Of a DNA stretch of 64,000 nucleotides, positions 1 to 13,191 are shown piece after piece (within the stretch, counting starts at the first letter, position 1; each line of letters starts with the position of its first letter). Made by a program: the position numbers and the translations under genes. The DNA lies in the NCBI GenBank assembly GCA_036785375.1, contig JAWMAR010000073.1, forward strand, positions 5,704,001 through 5,768,000, given 5' to 3'. Origin of the DNA: Leucoraja ocellata. Taxonomy: Eukaryota. The notes under the pieces were generated by a model. It made no database searches. It worked only from the letters and a program-made list of their open reading frames with translations, and had not been told where the DNA came from.

Positions 1-1667
1 GAGATGGGCAACACCACCCCAGGTCTGCCGACTATCGACAATACCGCCAGTGGGCTGGCTACCGAAGCTGAAGGCAGGAATGTGCACACATTCTCACTGT
101 CCGAGCACGACGTGAGGAGGACTCTGACACGGGTGAACACGAGGAAAGCTGCAGGCCCCGATGGCATCTCAGGGCGAGTACTCAAGTCCTGTGCTACGCA
201 GCTAGCTTCGGTGCTCACTACATTATTCAACCTCTCCCTGCACAAGTCCGTGGCCCCTGCCTGCTTCAAAAAATCCATCATAGTACCAGTACCAAAAAAT
301 GCCTCCCCAGCCTGTCTGAATGACTACCGTCCGGTGGCCCTTACCTCGGTAGTCATGAAATGCTTTAAGAGGCTGGTGAAGAAACACATCTGCGCCTTCC
401 TCCCTTGCAACATGGACCCGTTGCAGTTCGCATACCGTCCGAACAGATCCACTGTCTCCCAGGTTTTGCACACCGCTCTCTCTCATCTTGACAGCCAGAG
501 TGGGGGGCTACGTGAGGATGCTGTTCATAGACTTCAGTTCAGCCATCAACACGATAGTCCCCACCAAACTGGCCAGGAAGCTACTGGAATTAGGGCTCAA
601 CACCCCCCTGTGTGCCTGGGCCCTGGACTTTCTCACCGCCAGGCCCCAGGTAGTCAAGATGGGAGGGAATACATCAAAGTCCCTCACCCTGAGCACAGGA
701 TCGCCCCAGGGTTGTGTCCTCAGCCCCCTATTGTACTCCCTGTACACACATGACTGTGTGGCTAGGTTCAGCTCCAACTTAATAATTAAGTTTGCTGATG
801 ACACTGTGGTAGTGGGCCTGATCTCAGACAACGATGAGAAGGCCTACCGGGAGGAGGTGGCTGATCTGGCACTCTGGTGCCAGGGCAACAGCCTCCTCTT
901 GAACATCAAAAAAACTAAGGAGCTGATCGTGGACTTTAGGAGGGCACATCATCCGAGGACGCACACTCCATTGAGGATAAATGGGGATCCTGTGGATAGG
1001 GTGAGCTGTTTTAAATATCTGGGAGTCCACATCTCTGAGGATATGACATGGACATCACACGTCGCAGCACTCGTGAGTGAGGCAAGGCAGCGCCTTTACC
1101 ACCTCGGGCAATTGAGGAAATTCAGAGTGTCTCCGGGGATCCTCGAGTGCTTCTACTCAGCGGCTGTGGAAAGCATCTTGTCCGGAAATATTACCATCTG
1201 GTTTGGGAATTGCTCTGCCCAGGACAAGAAGGCTCTGCAGAGAGTAGTGCGTTCGGCCGAATGCACTATGGGAACTTCACTTCACTGCAGGAACTATCAA
1301 ACAGGAGGTGCAACTCCAGAGCAAATAAAATCATGGGAGACCCCATCCACCCATGCAACGGACTGTTCCAGCTGCTACGGTCAGGCAAACGCCTCCGTTG
1401 CCATGCAGTGAGAACGGAGAGGTTGAGAATGAGTTTCTTCCCAGAGACCATTCGGACTGTAAACTCCTATCTCACCAGGGACTAACTTTACTGAATGTTT
1501 TTCCTTCCAATATTTAATATGTAAAAGAATATGTGTGTGTTTATGATTGTGTTTATAGTTTGTTTGGTTGTTTGTTTGTCTTGTCTTTTTGCACAAAGTC
1601 CACGAGCATTGCCACTTTCATTTCACTGCACATCTCGTATGTGACAAATAAACTTGAATTGACTTGA
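1..1667 (+). mobile_element. Rex1/Babar-clade LINE, RT and 3' end, frameshifted; continues left of window
   Basis: ORFs 4-753, 488-1411 and 1147-1485 give consecutive RT pieces ([50 protein letters not shown], ..SFFP). Followed by a 3' UTR with AATAAA and a (CTTGA)n-like tail at ~1651-1667. Confidence 0.9.
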
Positions 1668-2200
1668 TGTTATAATAACCGTTGCCAGACCAGAGGTATT
1701 TCTCAATTTATTTTATGTTCTGTTATAGGTTCCATCCGGATGAGAGATAGAACTATTACATCAGTTATATAACATCAGCATGTTTAAATCTATGTCATGA
1801 CTGTATGCATTATGAATGTTTTCCCTCATTTGTCAATGAGGCATTTGTGGTTGTGTAGACTTGTTTCTCACGGCATGAAATCACAGAGCTTTGAAATCTT
1901 CACGTAGTCACTCACGTGACTCCGAAGTAAAATAGTAAGATTAAACGAGAACTTACCAGTTTGAAGTTTGATCTTTATTTTATGAGGAATTACGATGAGG
2001 GATTACGTGCCCTCCGCTCCCAGCCCTCATTAAGATCATCTGGTAGTTTTAGTCTTTTTTCATCTTACTATGATACTTCAGTCGCTATTATTATCTGTGA
2101 TTTCACACCGCTGCTTTGAAGATTGATGCACGTGCGGCTGAACAGGCCTTCTTCACGTAACCCCTCATCGTAACTCCTCATAAAATAAAGATCAAACTTC
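1668..2200 (+). mobile_element. Right end of a DIRS1-like (tyrosine recombinase) retrotransposon: internal complementary region plus right terminal repeat, split by an L1 insertion (resumes at 6969-6995)
   Basis: 1936-2009 is the near-perfect reverse complement of 2154-2200 joined to 6969-6995. This asymmetric ICR/terminal-extension layout is typical of DIRS1 ends. No DIRS ORF is intact here, so the family call is inference. Confidence 0.65.
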
Positions 2201-3143
2201 TTTTTTTTTCTTTTTTTTATTATTTTTTTTTAATTTATTTATTTTTTATTAGAAGTACAATAGGTTACAGTAATACACACCACATATATCTTATTACATT
2301 TGTTGTACCCCTTCATTTTTTGAGCTTAAGAAAGATAGAAATAAAAGAAGTAAGGAAAGTGAGAAAGAGTCGTGATAGTGCAAGAAAGTGTTGGGGAAAG
2401 AGAGCCCATTAGAAAGAGAGTCAGAGAAGAAATAGACCCTAGAAAAGAAAGAAAGAAAGAAAGAGAAACAGTCCCTCTATTATAAAATAACTATGCAAAA
2501 AGGGAAATACCAACCATATTTTTCATTTCCCGTTACCAGATCCTGGCACCATTTATTTTTTAAATTACTGTTGCACCTTATGCTTGTAGTTAGTCCATAA
2601 ATGTAGACCACGTCTTTTGGAAGTGATCTGCTTTGCCTGTGAGGAGGAGTCTCATATCTTCCAGGTGTAATGTTTCGAACATGTTTTAAATCCTCATTTT
2701 TATTGTTGGTGTTGGAGCGTTTTTCCAGAATTTGAGTATAAGCTTTTTTCCCGTTATTAGCCCTTAACTAAATAAATTATTTTGGAACACGTTTAGTTCA
2801 GGGCTACCTTCCATTATTCCAAAGATAATCCATTCTGCTTTTGGTATCGGTTTTATTTTAAATAATTTTGTGAAGATTTCAAATATTTCATTCCAGAATT
2901 TTTGGATTTTTATACAAAAAACAAAAGAGTACGCTATGGTAGCTTCTTGAGACTGACATTTATCACAAATGGGTGAGACGTTAGGGAAAAGTGTATTTAT
3001 TTTGGTTTTTGAATAGTACAGTCTATGTAATGTTTTGAATTGAATTAGAGTGTGTCTTGCGTTAATCGAGTTCTTGTTCCCAGTCTCTTCTAATACCGTC
3101 AGTTGTAGGTATTTCTATATTTAAAATAGTGTTGTATGAGTAT

Positions 3144-5233
3144 TGTAAAGATGTTAAGTCTGACACACTTGTAGCTTTACTTAACATTTAATGATCACAC
3201 AGGTTAGACACATTCCAGCACTGACTGCATACAGTCTATCACCGTGCTGGAACCAGGAGAGAGAGAGAGAGAGAGAGTTATTATACTTGATAACTAAGGC
3301 GTGGTTAGTGGTACTGAGGTAGCTATATTATTGGTTGCATGCATGAACCATCTACATCCTTCCCCTAAGAAATCAAAACAGAATTGGAGCCGTGGCAGTG
3401 TGATTACACAAAGCATGCGAGTTTAAACAAAGTCGCCGTAGCGAACAGGCGGCTTAACAATGCGACCTGAACGCGTGCATACAGCACCTTCCCCCCCCCC
3501 CCCCCATCGGAAAGAAGAGAATGCGTAGCGGAAGCAGGCGAGAATGTTAAAGCAGGAGGAGACGCAGTCGGAGCGGGAGAGGCAGGAGGGGAAGGCAAAC
3601 GTGCAGGAGTGGAAGCAACCCGGCCAAAACCTGGCGGCAGCGGAGGAGGAGAACGCAATAGGCGAGGAGTCTGGGGCATGCAGGGAACAGCAGGGCAATC
3701 AGCAGTAGCAGGCTGGAACAGCAATGGAGGAGCATAAGGACCCGCAGGTGCAGGCTTCGGCTCGTTCACAGCCAACAGGTGTTGACGGCTCCGACGATAG
3801 ACAGTCCCATCGTAGTCAACCAGGTAAGATCTGGGAGAGTCAGCCACACCAACCACGGTCGCGAGGTGGGAATAGCCGGTGATAGTCTGCATCCGAACGA
3901 CCTGCCCGGGCAGTAGAGGCGACAGCAGTCGGCAGGACTTGTTGTGGGAACGTCGTTGAACCTCATGCTTCTGTTCAATCTGCTGTTGGACAGTGGCAGG
4001 CTCGAGCACTTTGTGTAGCAGAGCCTGTTGGGCAATTGCCATAGGTGGTCTTGTCATCCTCGACATCAGACGCTGGGCAGGGGAACCCATGGTCGGGTCC
4101 CAGGAGATGTTACGTAGGTTAAGTAAGCCCAGGTAGAAATCGCAGTTGGACAGGCGGGACTGCTCCAGCAGACCCTTAGCACTCCGCACAGCCCGCTCGG
4201 CCAGGCCGTTACTTTGTGGGTACTCAGGGCTGCTGGTGTAGTGATGGAAGTTCCACCTGGCAGCGAAAGCCTTGAATTCTGCGCTTGTGAATTGCCGGCC
4301 ATTGTCGGTCTGCAAGCGGACAGGGGCACCGAAGGTGGCGAAGTGCCTGCGCAGTCTGCTGATGACCATCTCGGAGATGATGGAAGGAAGTAGGTCCACC
4401 TCGAACCAGTTGGAGTACGAGTCAACCAGGACGAGAAACTGCTTGCCCCACCATTCGAATATGTCGGCAGCCAGCGATGTCCAGGGCATGGTAGGCGCCG
4501 GCTGCTGCAAATGGGGCTGACGCTGCTGGTGTGGGGCGAGGTTGTTGCAGGAGGAACAGGAGGGCACTCTGTGTGGTGCACGGACAACAGGCACCACCTT
4601 CGGGTTGGTGGCGATCTTGTAAACGAAAGGCAGCTTGCCCAGCTCATTATCGAACAGGTCCGGGTACTCAGATATCGGATCCAGCAGCACCTGCACTTCA
4701 TGGACTGTACGGTCGAAGGACACTAGTCCCAGGTCCTGGCATGCCTGGTTGCCTAACAGTCACACAGTCATAGTCGAGAACATGAGAGCCCGCTATGATT
4801 TCTTCAGCACCCAATTAAAAGTGGCCTTACCCACTGGTTTCAGCACCTCGCCCCCATAAGCATGTAAAGTCGAACGGTCTGCAGTCAATAGCTCATTATG
4901 TCTAATCTTTCTGAACAGGCTTGTTGACATAACATTGACCTTTGCCCCCGTGTTGAGCTTAGCTGAGAAAGAATAATTGTTGACAGTAACGAGGATCGAT
5001 GGATCAGGGAGTCGGGCAGGTGCATGTAGGAGTGTAAATACACTAGCATCTCCTTGAGAACTAATTGGCTCGGAGACGTGGGCAGTGTCGAGAGAGGACT
5101 GGGAACCAAACTCGTTATCGACATGTACCAGGTTGTTTAATACTTGTCTAGAAGCTGAGGGAAATTTCCCACGGGAGCGGCAGACCGCCGAGAAATTATT
5201 CAATTTCTTGCAGAAATTGCAGGATTTTCCGTT
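3144..5233 (-). mobile_element. Deleted Ty3/Gypsy LTR retrotransposon (gag knuckle, protease, integrase, PPT, 3' LTR)
   Basis: Integrase core in ORF 3404-4723 (LVDSYS, TDNGRQF, PQSNGLAER). Protease-like LNTGAKVNV in 4793-5203. CxxC...C knuckle near 5180-5220. PPT AGGGGAAGGA immediately precedes a TG...CA LTR at 3144-3356. RT/RNaseH and the 5' LTR are missing. Confidence 0.9.
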
Positions 5234-6113
5234 ACCCCATTACAATCCAGTCCACCTGCTGTGCAGAGTTGTCCAGCAGATTAATCATATTTTTAATATT
5301 TACTGCCCAATTATAGTACATAAAGTTAGGCAGTGCTAGACCACCCAGCTCTTTGGGTTTGCTCAGATGTGTTCTTTGTATTCTGTGGGATTTATAGTCC
5401 CATATAAAATTTGTGATGTCTGAGTCCAGTTTTTTGAAAAACATTTTTGGAAGGTATATAAGGATTGATTGAAATAGATATAGGATTTGTGGTAGAAAGA
5501 TCATTTTTATAGCATTTATTCGACCTATTAAAGACATCGGGAGTGTTTTCCAGAATTTGATTAGAGTATTTAGTTTCTTAAGTAAGGGACTATAATTGGC
5601 AGTAAACATTGCTTGATAATTTCTAGTAATTTCAATTCCCAAATATTTAAATTTTTCTGTGGCTATTTTAAAAGGGAATTTTAAGAGATGTGTTGAGTCT
5701 TTCGGTTTTATCGACATAATTTCACTTTTGTTCCAATTTATTCTGTATCCTGAGAAAGATCCAAAGTCCTCAATTAGATTTAGTATGTTTGGTATACTAA
5801 TTTGGGGTTTTGTGATGTACAGTAGTACATCGTCTGCGTATAAAGATATGTTATTTGAATATTTTGTATTATAACCGTAAATATCCGGGTGTGTTCTGAT
5901 TCTTTCAGCTAGAGGCTCAATTACCAGAGCAAATAAAAGCAGTGATAATGAACATCCTTGTCTATTGCCCCTTGATAATTGGAATTTCGTAGATAGTATA
6001 TTATTAGTTAATATTCTAGCCGTAGGTATGTTATATAATAATTTAATCCATGTGATGAAGTTCTCTCCCATTTGAAATTTTTGCAATACTTTAATCATGT
6101 ATTCCCATTCTAC

Positions 6114-6510
6114 CAACCCTCACGGTCCCTCAGATCCACATCAGCCGGTCTCCTCTCCATCTACAAGTCCAACCTCCGCAGTTTTTGGGACAGAGCCTTC
6201 TCCAGGGCAGCTCCCAGGCTCTCTGATCCGCCATTCCGTGTCCCTCACCATCTTCCAGTCCCGCCTCACGACCCATCTCTTCACCTCTGCCTATCCTTAG
6301 CCCCACGTCCCCCTCCCTTTTCATCTGTGTTTGAATTGCCTCATATTGTGTTTTGAATTGAATTCTGTCTTTAATTTGTGTACTAGTCATATCTCTACTA
6401 TTTATTTCATTCCCCTTACATGTTTTTCCTCTACTTGCTAATTTTTTGTAAGGTGTCCTTGAGACTCTTGAAAGGTGCCCATAAATAAAATTTATTATTA
6501 TTATTATTAC
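6114..6510 (+). mobile_element. L2-clade LINE 3' fragment inserted in the L1
   Basis: Encodes YQPSRSLRS..LLS..DRAFSRAAPRL (typical L2 ORF2 C-terminus), then AATAAA and an (ATT)n tail. Splits the L1 motif AFDQV|EWEY. Confidence 0.8.
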
Positions 6511-7004
6511 TTGATCAAATGCTTTTTCTGCGTCCAATGAAATGATTGATAACTCTTGTTCTTCAGGTTTGTGTGAATGCATTATGTTAGGCAGACGTCT
6601 CAGGTTATTAAATGAGTGTCTCTTGGGTATGAATCCCGTTTGATCCGCGTTTATTAATTTACTAACATATTTACTTAGTCTTCTTAGTGTTTTTGCTAAT
6701 ATTTTTTGATCCGTATTTAACAATGCAATAGCTCTGTATGATCCTGGTTCTTCTATGTCTTTATCTTTTTTAAGTATTTAATGTAATTGTTGATTCTGCT
6801 AGTGTTTCAGGTAGGATTTGTTCTTTAAAAGCATATGTATACATTTTCTGTAAACGTGGTGTAACTATGTCGTAAAAACTTTTATAAAATTCATTACTAA
6901 TTCCATCTGGTCCTGGTGTTTTTCCATTCTTTAATGTGTTTATTGTGTCTTCTATTTCCTCAAACTTCAAACTGGTAAGTTCTCGTTTAATCTTAGTAAT
7001 TTAC

Positions 7005-7172
7005 AGAACAACCTACAAACCCGCACATCTTTGGAACGTGGGATGTAACTGGGGCACCCAGTCACAGGGAAAACGTACAAACTCCGTACAGACAGCACCC
7101 ACAGTCAGGATGAAACCTGGGTCTCATGACGCTGTAAGGCAGTAACTCCGCTGTTGTGCCACCATGCTGCCC
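7005..7172 (-). mobile_element. tRNA-derived SINE (HE1/V-SINE-like), 5' part
   Basis: Reverse strand reads GGCAGCATGGTGGCACA..GCCTTACAGCG..GACCCAGGTTTCATCCTG..GCTGTCTGTACGGAGTTTG (tRNA head plus V-domain). Homologous to 16203-16510. Confidence 0.7.
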
Positions 7173-8022
7173 GAAGGGCCCTGAGAGGCCCCCTGGTTCC
7201 CATGACATGATACATAGGGATATCACACAATACCACATTCTCCCTCGTATCTGAATCTTGATGAAGCAATGTTGATAGAGATGGACAATCTACTCATTTT
7301 GAAAATGTTCTCACAATGTTGTTTTGCTAATCTAAGATACCAAAACTAGATTTTTGATGTTCCATTCATGTTCTGCAGTTGTCAATGCAGATACTGTGGT
7401 ATCCTGAGGAGAGATAGAGGCATTCGTAGGTTTAATTGATACAGGAGACATGATTTGATAATTTGTTTGTTTTTTCAGGCTTCAGGTTACAAGCCTCTCA
7501 GGAAGAAATTTAGAAATAGGTCTCCTGGCCAGAATCTGACAAAGATACAGAATGAGGGAAGATCGGAATCAACAAAGAATATAAGTAAAATTAAAAGGTA
7601 GTATACCCTCGGTAAAATATCAGATTACCGAGGGTATACATTGAGTACATTGACAAAATTAATCAAAGTTCTTCAACGGAATCATCTTTGAAACACATGC
7701 AGGAATTACTGTGAGAGAATTCAAGACAGATTCAACAATGCAACCTTCAATTTGGCCATAAGATGGCAGACTTGGTACTACTGGTGCCCACATTTGTCTG
7801 ACTTCGACCCTAAGGAATTAATTGTTGCGAATAGAGTGGGAAATGCAGACCTTGGAACAAAACCAAATGTTATTAGAAGGTTTTTCTCATCTGGGAGTAT
7901 CAGCGTCTGGCAACTTGTGTTGAAATCATTAAGAAGGGCGAGGATTGGAAGCCACAATGGCATTGAAAGATGTGTGTACAGAATACCTTAATATTGCTCC
8001 ATCAACAAAAGATAAAAAGTGG

Positions 8023-8239
8023 TAGATAGACATAAAACGCTGGAGTTACTCAGCAGGACAGGCAGCATCTCTGGAGAGAAGGAATGGGTGAGGTTTTGGG
8101 TTGAGAGAAGAAGGGTCTCGACCTGAAACGTCACCCATTCCTAATCTCCAGAGATGCTGTCTGTCCCGCTGAGTTACTCCAGCTTTTTGTGTCTTTCTTC
8201 GGTTTAAACCAGCTTTCAACCTGCAGTTCCTTCTTACAC
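8023..8239. mobile_element. Penelope-like element terminal fragment (inverted pseudo-LTR pair)
   Basis: Imperfect palindrome around GAAGAAGGGTCTCGACCTGAAACGTC. TSD ataaaaagtgg at 8012-8022 and 8240-8250. Confidence 0.8.
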
Positions 8240-10159
8240 ATAAAAAGTGGGAAGTTATTGCCAGCAGATCTGATCGTGATTTTAGTGAATCTAGATTCAA
8301 ATCAAATGCTTTATTTAGAGGATTGGAAGGAAGCTTACATATTTTATAGAACAGAGATATTGAAATGCTGAGGTGGCAGTTGTTTAATTTTAGTTGCTGT
8401 AATTTTGACCTCCGCAATATCAATTAAAGAAGTCCTAGATGTAATTTCAGACACTGACTTTGGCAGCATTAGAATGGGCATGTTCATTACCAGTCTGTGC
8501 CTTGCAAGTGATAGAGGGCTATGCAGTATAGAACTATTGTAAGGGAACTGAAGTGTGGTTTGGAAGACTTGACCAGGTGGAGCAATATTGTTTTCATTGT
8601 GAAATACACCAGTATTGATACTAATGTTATTGTGAATACCATTCTTTAAATAGGAATATCCCATTCACGTTGATGATTTAGGGTCACAACTGGAGATTTG
8701 ATATTCGGACAAGATACATTTGTTAGGATGTGTATTGGCGTGAGATGAATCAACAGACTCAGGAGAAATTGGAAAATAGGTGGGAAGAATTGGTTTATAT
8801 TTGAAGAATTAAAATTAGAAATTGTAAAACCTTTTGGATGTTTTACTGGCATGTAAAAGAGAATGGTGCGTTCCTGACTTTTGCTCTTTGGTAGGATCTC
8901 CCTTCTTTCCCTTCCTTCTCTCAGATGATGGCAAACATAAAAAACATACAAAATGGGAGCAAGAATAGGATATCTGCCTCTTCTGGCAGGCTCTGCCTTT
9001 CAAAAGATGATGCCAAATCTTTTACCTCAACATCGTTCTTCTGCTCTATTCCCATATCCCTTCACTCAATTAATATCCAGAAATCTATCTCTCAGTTCTT
9101 AATGAACTTAAGTGCCAGAACTTCCAAACATTCACCACTATTTAAGTAACAAAATGTCTCCCTATTACACTCCTAAATAGCCTACCCTATATTGTGACAC
9201 TGTTACGCCTCAGATCTAGACTTCTCAATGATGAAACTCGTACTCCCCACAACAATCCCGCTAAGCCTGCTACTGACTTTCATTGAGGTGTATCTAATTC
9301 TTTTAATCTCTGTAAGGCCCAGACACTAAACCAGTTCTCATATATGGTAGACATGCCATCCCAGAAACAGTCTAATGATTTTGTGCTCCATCTCCTCTGC
9401 AATAAGTACATCCTTTTTTATTGTAAGGGGCCCAAAATTGCAAACAGTACTCCAGCTATAGTCTCACCAAGCCCCTGTCCTTCTGCATTAAACTCCAAAA
9501 TAGCATTTGCCTTGTCAACTACTTGCTGCACCTGCACTTTATATTTCTATGGGGGGTTTTTAAAGAATACCGAGTCCTTTTGAACATTTCCATTTCCCAA
9601 TCTCATGCCATTTCAAAAATACTCAGTATTTCTGTATTTCTCCCAAAGTAGATTTCAATTCTTTGCACAATGTACCAAATCTGCCATGCAGCTTGTACCT
9701 CAGCTTTTTCATATTTTCATGAAACCTCACTACATCCTCATTATTATTCATATTTCCACTTAGATTTGTGCTAATAAACTTGGAAATATATTTGGTTCCC
9801 TCGGTAAAACTTGTTGATGTAGATTGTAAATAATTGTGGTTCAAGAACTAAGCTAAGATATCCTCATTTATTCCTAAACTTTGATTTTCACCAATTAACC
9901 GACTATTAAAGTATGCTCTGAAAATCATCTTATCTTCATAGTCACCTCAGTTTTACCCAATCATAGACATCACACTCTCTGCATCTTAACAAATTCCTTT
10001 CCGGTTGTGACAAGGAGTCTTCAACCTGAAAGATTAGTTCTATTTTTATTCTTACAGATGTTACCTGATTATCTAAGTATGTCCAGCATTTTTGTTTTAC
10101 TTTACTGCCTTACCCTCCCCCCAATTCCAATGTGCACTAATCTTGAAACCCTCTGTGAA

Positions 10160-10378
10160 ACCCTCCGTGACTACGTGGGTCTCCACCAGATGCTCCAGTT
10201 TCTTCCCACAGATGTGCAAGTTTGTTGGTTAATTGGCCTCTGCAAAAATTGTCCCTCATGTTTAGGGAGTGGATGAGAAAGTGAGTTAAAGTAGAACTAG
10301 TGTGAATGTGAGATCGATGGCCAGCATGGACTTGGTGGGCCAAAGGGCCTGTTTCCACGCTGCATCTCAAAACTAAAA
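10160..10378 (+). mobile_element. HE1/V-SINE-like SINE, 3' part
   Basis: V-domain-like core plus the CR1-shared tail GGGCCAAAGGGCCTGTTTCCACGCTG. Confidence 0.65.
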
Positions 10379-11434
10379 TGAGACTGGTTTCCCTCATTTA
10401 CTCTACCAAACAGATCCTCAAAGTATCCACTCCAGTAAATTATGCAAACATGATTTCCTGTCCGAAATCCACCTTGACTGTTTAATCATTATTATTTCTT
10501 AAGTGTCTGGATATCATATTCTTTATTTTAGACTGCAGCATATTTCCAACAGCGAGTGGTGTTGGAAACATGTTGCGGGTTTCTTTCTAGCGTCACTTTT
10601 GTTTCTTCGACCACTTCAGAATCTAAAGTATTGTGGAAAATTATAACCAGATAATCTACTTTATCCTCAGCCATCACTTTCAAATTACTGGAATATGATT
10701 CATCCGATATTTGGGATTTATCAGTTTCACTGGAGCTTAATACGTATTATTTGGATTTGCAGGCAGCTTTTGACAAGGTCCGACACAGACTGGTAAACAA
10801 GATTAGAGCACATGGAATTGGGGTAATGCACTAGCATGGATTAAGATTTGGTGAACAGATAGAAAACAAAGCTTATTAACATAGTTCTCCAGTGTTTCTG
10901 GGAGGTGTAGAGTGTCTTCTTTGATGGTTAATTCCTCTGCCATTCCTTTATTCTGCATTATATAATTTTTAAATTCTGGCTGAAAGGCAGACGATTTGCC
11001 AATACATTTTCTTTATATATGTACAGAATCTCTTATTTTTGTGTTTCTCACTAGTTCAGTTTCATATTCTGTTTTTCTATTCTTTAATAATTTGCTGATA
11101 TACCTTAGTGCTTCCAACCCCCCCCACCTCAGGTTTACTGCTTCTTTGGCAGCTGCTTCTTTCGATTTAATACCATCTGAAATGATCTATGTTCAAACCA
11201 CTTTCCTGTTGTGGCTTTGTGTCACTATGGAATGTTTTTTTTTTTTTGCAAATCATGTTTTATTTCATTTAAGCAAGCAGGAGATAGATGAACAGATATG
11301 TAGACAGAATACCAAAAGATGCCAAATCAACAGGAGATAGACACAAAAAGGTGGAGTAGTTCAGCGGGTTAGGCAACATCTCTGGAGAAAAGGATTAGGT
11401 AACGTTTCGGGTTGAGATCCTTCGTCAAATCACC

Positions 11435-11975
11435 AGGGTTGGCTTAGGGGGTGACTTTAACTTTCCCAACATTGACTGGGACTTGCTCAGTGCCAAAGGC
11501 TTAGATGGGGCAGAATTTGTTATGTGTATCTAAAAGGATTTCTTGAAACAGTATCTGGATAATTCAACCTGAGAAACGAACATTGTGTTGGGAGAAGAGC
11601 CTGGCCAGGTGACTGGTTTCAATGGAAGAGCACTTTGGGAATAGATACAACTCCATATATATTAAGATTGTTTTGAATCAGGATAAATATGGACCTTGTG
11701 GGAAAGTACTAAATTGGAGCAAGGAAAATTACAACATTATTAGGGAGGAGCTCTGGAGGGTACAATGAGCGCAGTTGTTACTGTATAGGTCCACATGTGG
11801 GAGTCATTTAAAGGCCAGTTGTTCAAAGTTCAGGACTGACATACATCGGAAAGAAGGAGGGATCAGGATGGCAAAGTTTGGGAACCTTGGATGACCAAAG
11901 AGGTTATAAATTCGGTCAAAAAGAAAAAGGAAGTGAATGCAAGGTTTCAGAGGATGAAGTCAGACAGGGCCTTTG
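11435..11975 (+). mobile_element. Old CR1 LINE fragment (endonuclease/linker), continuing at ~13192-13440 after the Rex1 insertion
   Basis: GDFNFPNIDW at ~11449-11480 and [11 protein letters not shown] at ~11880-11935. Confidence 0.7.
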
Positions 11976-11977
11976 AG

Positions 11978-13191
11978 GTCCACTCCGCTCTGGACCACTT
12001 GGACAACAAAAACTCATGTGTCAGGCTGTTATTCATTGATTACAGCTCGGCATTTAATACAATCTTCCCCTCGCTGGTTACCAAACTCGCAGAACTGGGT
12101 CTCTGCGCATCTCTCTGCAATTGGATCCTCGACTTCCTCATTCACAGACCACAGACTGTTCGAATTGGTGGAAATGTGTCAGCCTCGATAACAATCAGCA
12201 CGGGAGCACCTCAAGCACCTCAAGGCTGCGTGCTCAGCCCCCTGCTGTACTCTCTATACTCATGACTGCGTAGCTGGTCATAGTGCGAACTCCATTATCA
12301 AGTTCGCTGACGACAATACTGTTGTGGGACGTATCACTGATGGAGACGAGTCAGAGTATAGAAGAGAGATCGACCGACTGACCAAATGGTGCCAGCACAA
12401 TAACCTGGCCCTCAACACCAGCAAAACCAAGGAACTGAATGTGGACTTTGGAAGAGGTAGAATGGCGACCCACAGTCCCTATATCAATGGGTCGATGGTG
12501 GAAAGGGTCAAGAGCTTCAAATTCCTGGGTGTGCAGATCTCTGAAGATCTCACCTGGTCCGAGAACACTGATGCAATTATAAAGAAAGCACATCAGCGCC
12601 TCTACTTCCTGAGAAGATTACAGAGAGTCAGTATGTCAAGGAGGACTATCTCTAACTTCTACAGGTGCACAGTAGAGAGCATGCTGACCGGTTGCATCGT
12701 GGCTTGGTTCAGCAACTTGAGCGCCCAGGAGCGGAAAAGACTACAAAAAGTAGTAAACACTGCCCAGTCCATCATCGGCTCTGACCTCCCTACCATCGAG
12801 GGGATCTATCGCAGTCGCTACCTCAAAAAGGCTGGCAGCATCATCAAGGACCCACACCATCCTGGCCACACACTCATCTCCCCGCTACCTTCAGGTAGAA
12901 GGTACAGGAGCTTGAAGACTGTAACATCCACGTTCAGAAACAGCTTCTTCCCCACAGCCATCAGGCTATTAAACTCAGCTCAAACAAAACTCTGAACATT
13001 AATAGCCCATTATCTGTTTATTTGCACTTTATCTGTTTTATTTATTCATGTGTGTATATATTTATATAATGGTATATGGACGCACTGATCTGTTCTGTAT
13101 TCATGCCTTCTATATTCTGTTGTGCTGAAGCAAAGCAAGAATTTCATTGTCCTATCTGGGACACATGACAATAAACTCTCTTGAATCTTGA
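11978..13191 (+). mobile_element. 5'-truncated Rex1/Babar LINE
   Basis: [26 protein letters not shown] (frameshift near 12255), FADD, and ORF 12324-12995 ending FRNSFFPTAIRLLN. AATAAA and (CTTGAAT)n tail. Confidence 0.9.

Larger units (their letters stand above)
2201..6959 (-). mobile_element. 5'-truncated L1-clade LINE (ORF2 pseudogene) with poly(A) tail and 9-bp TSD; interrupted by Gypsy and L2 insertions
   Basis: ORF pieces 6770-6970 (KTPGPDG..EFYK), 6130-6723 (LNTDQKILAK, DQTGF, SLDAEKAFD) and 5232-6116 (RQGC, YADD, KYLG). Cys-rich C-terminus (PICDKC..FC) at ~2900-2980. T-rich tract from 2201 is the poly(A) tail. TSD tcaaacttc at 2192-2200 and 6960-6968. Confidence 0.92.

Noticed and set aside
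7479-7597. Possible exon (polypyrimidine-AG ... GT, one open frame ASGYKPLRKKFRN..)
   Set aside because: Weak donor, no recognisable protein similarity, no partner exons.
7700-9100. Faint resemblance to a decayed L1 endonuclease region
   Set aside because: Motifs too eroded to support a call by eye.
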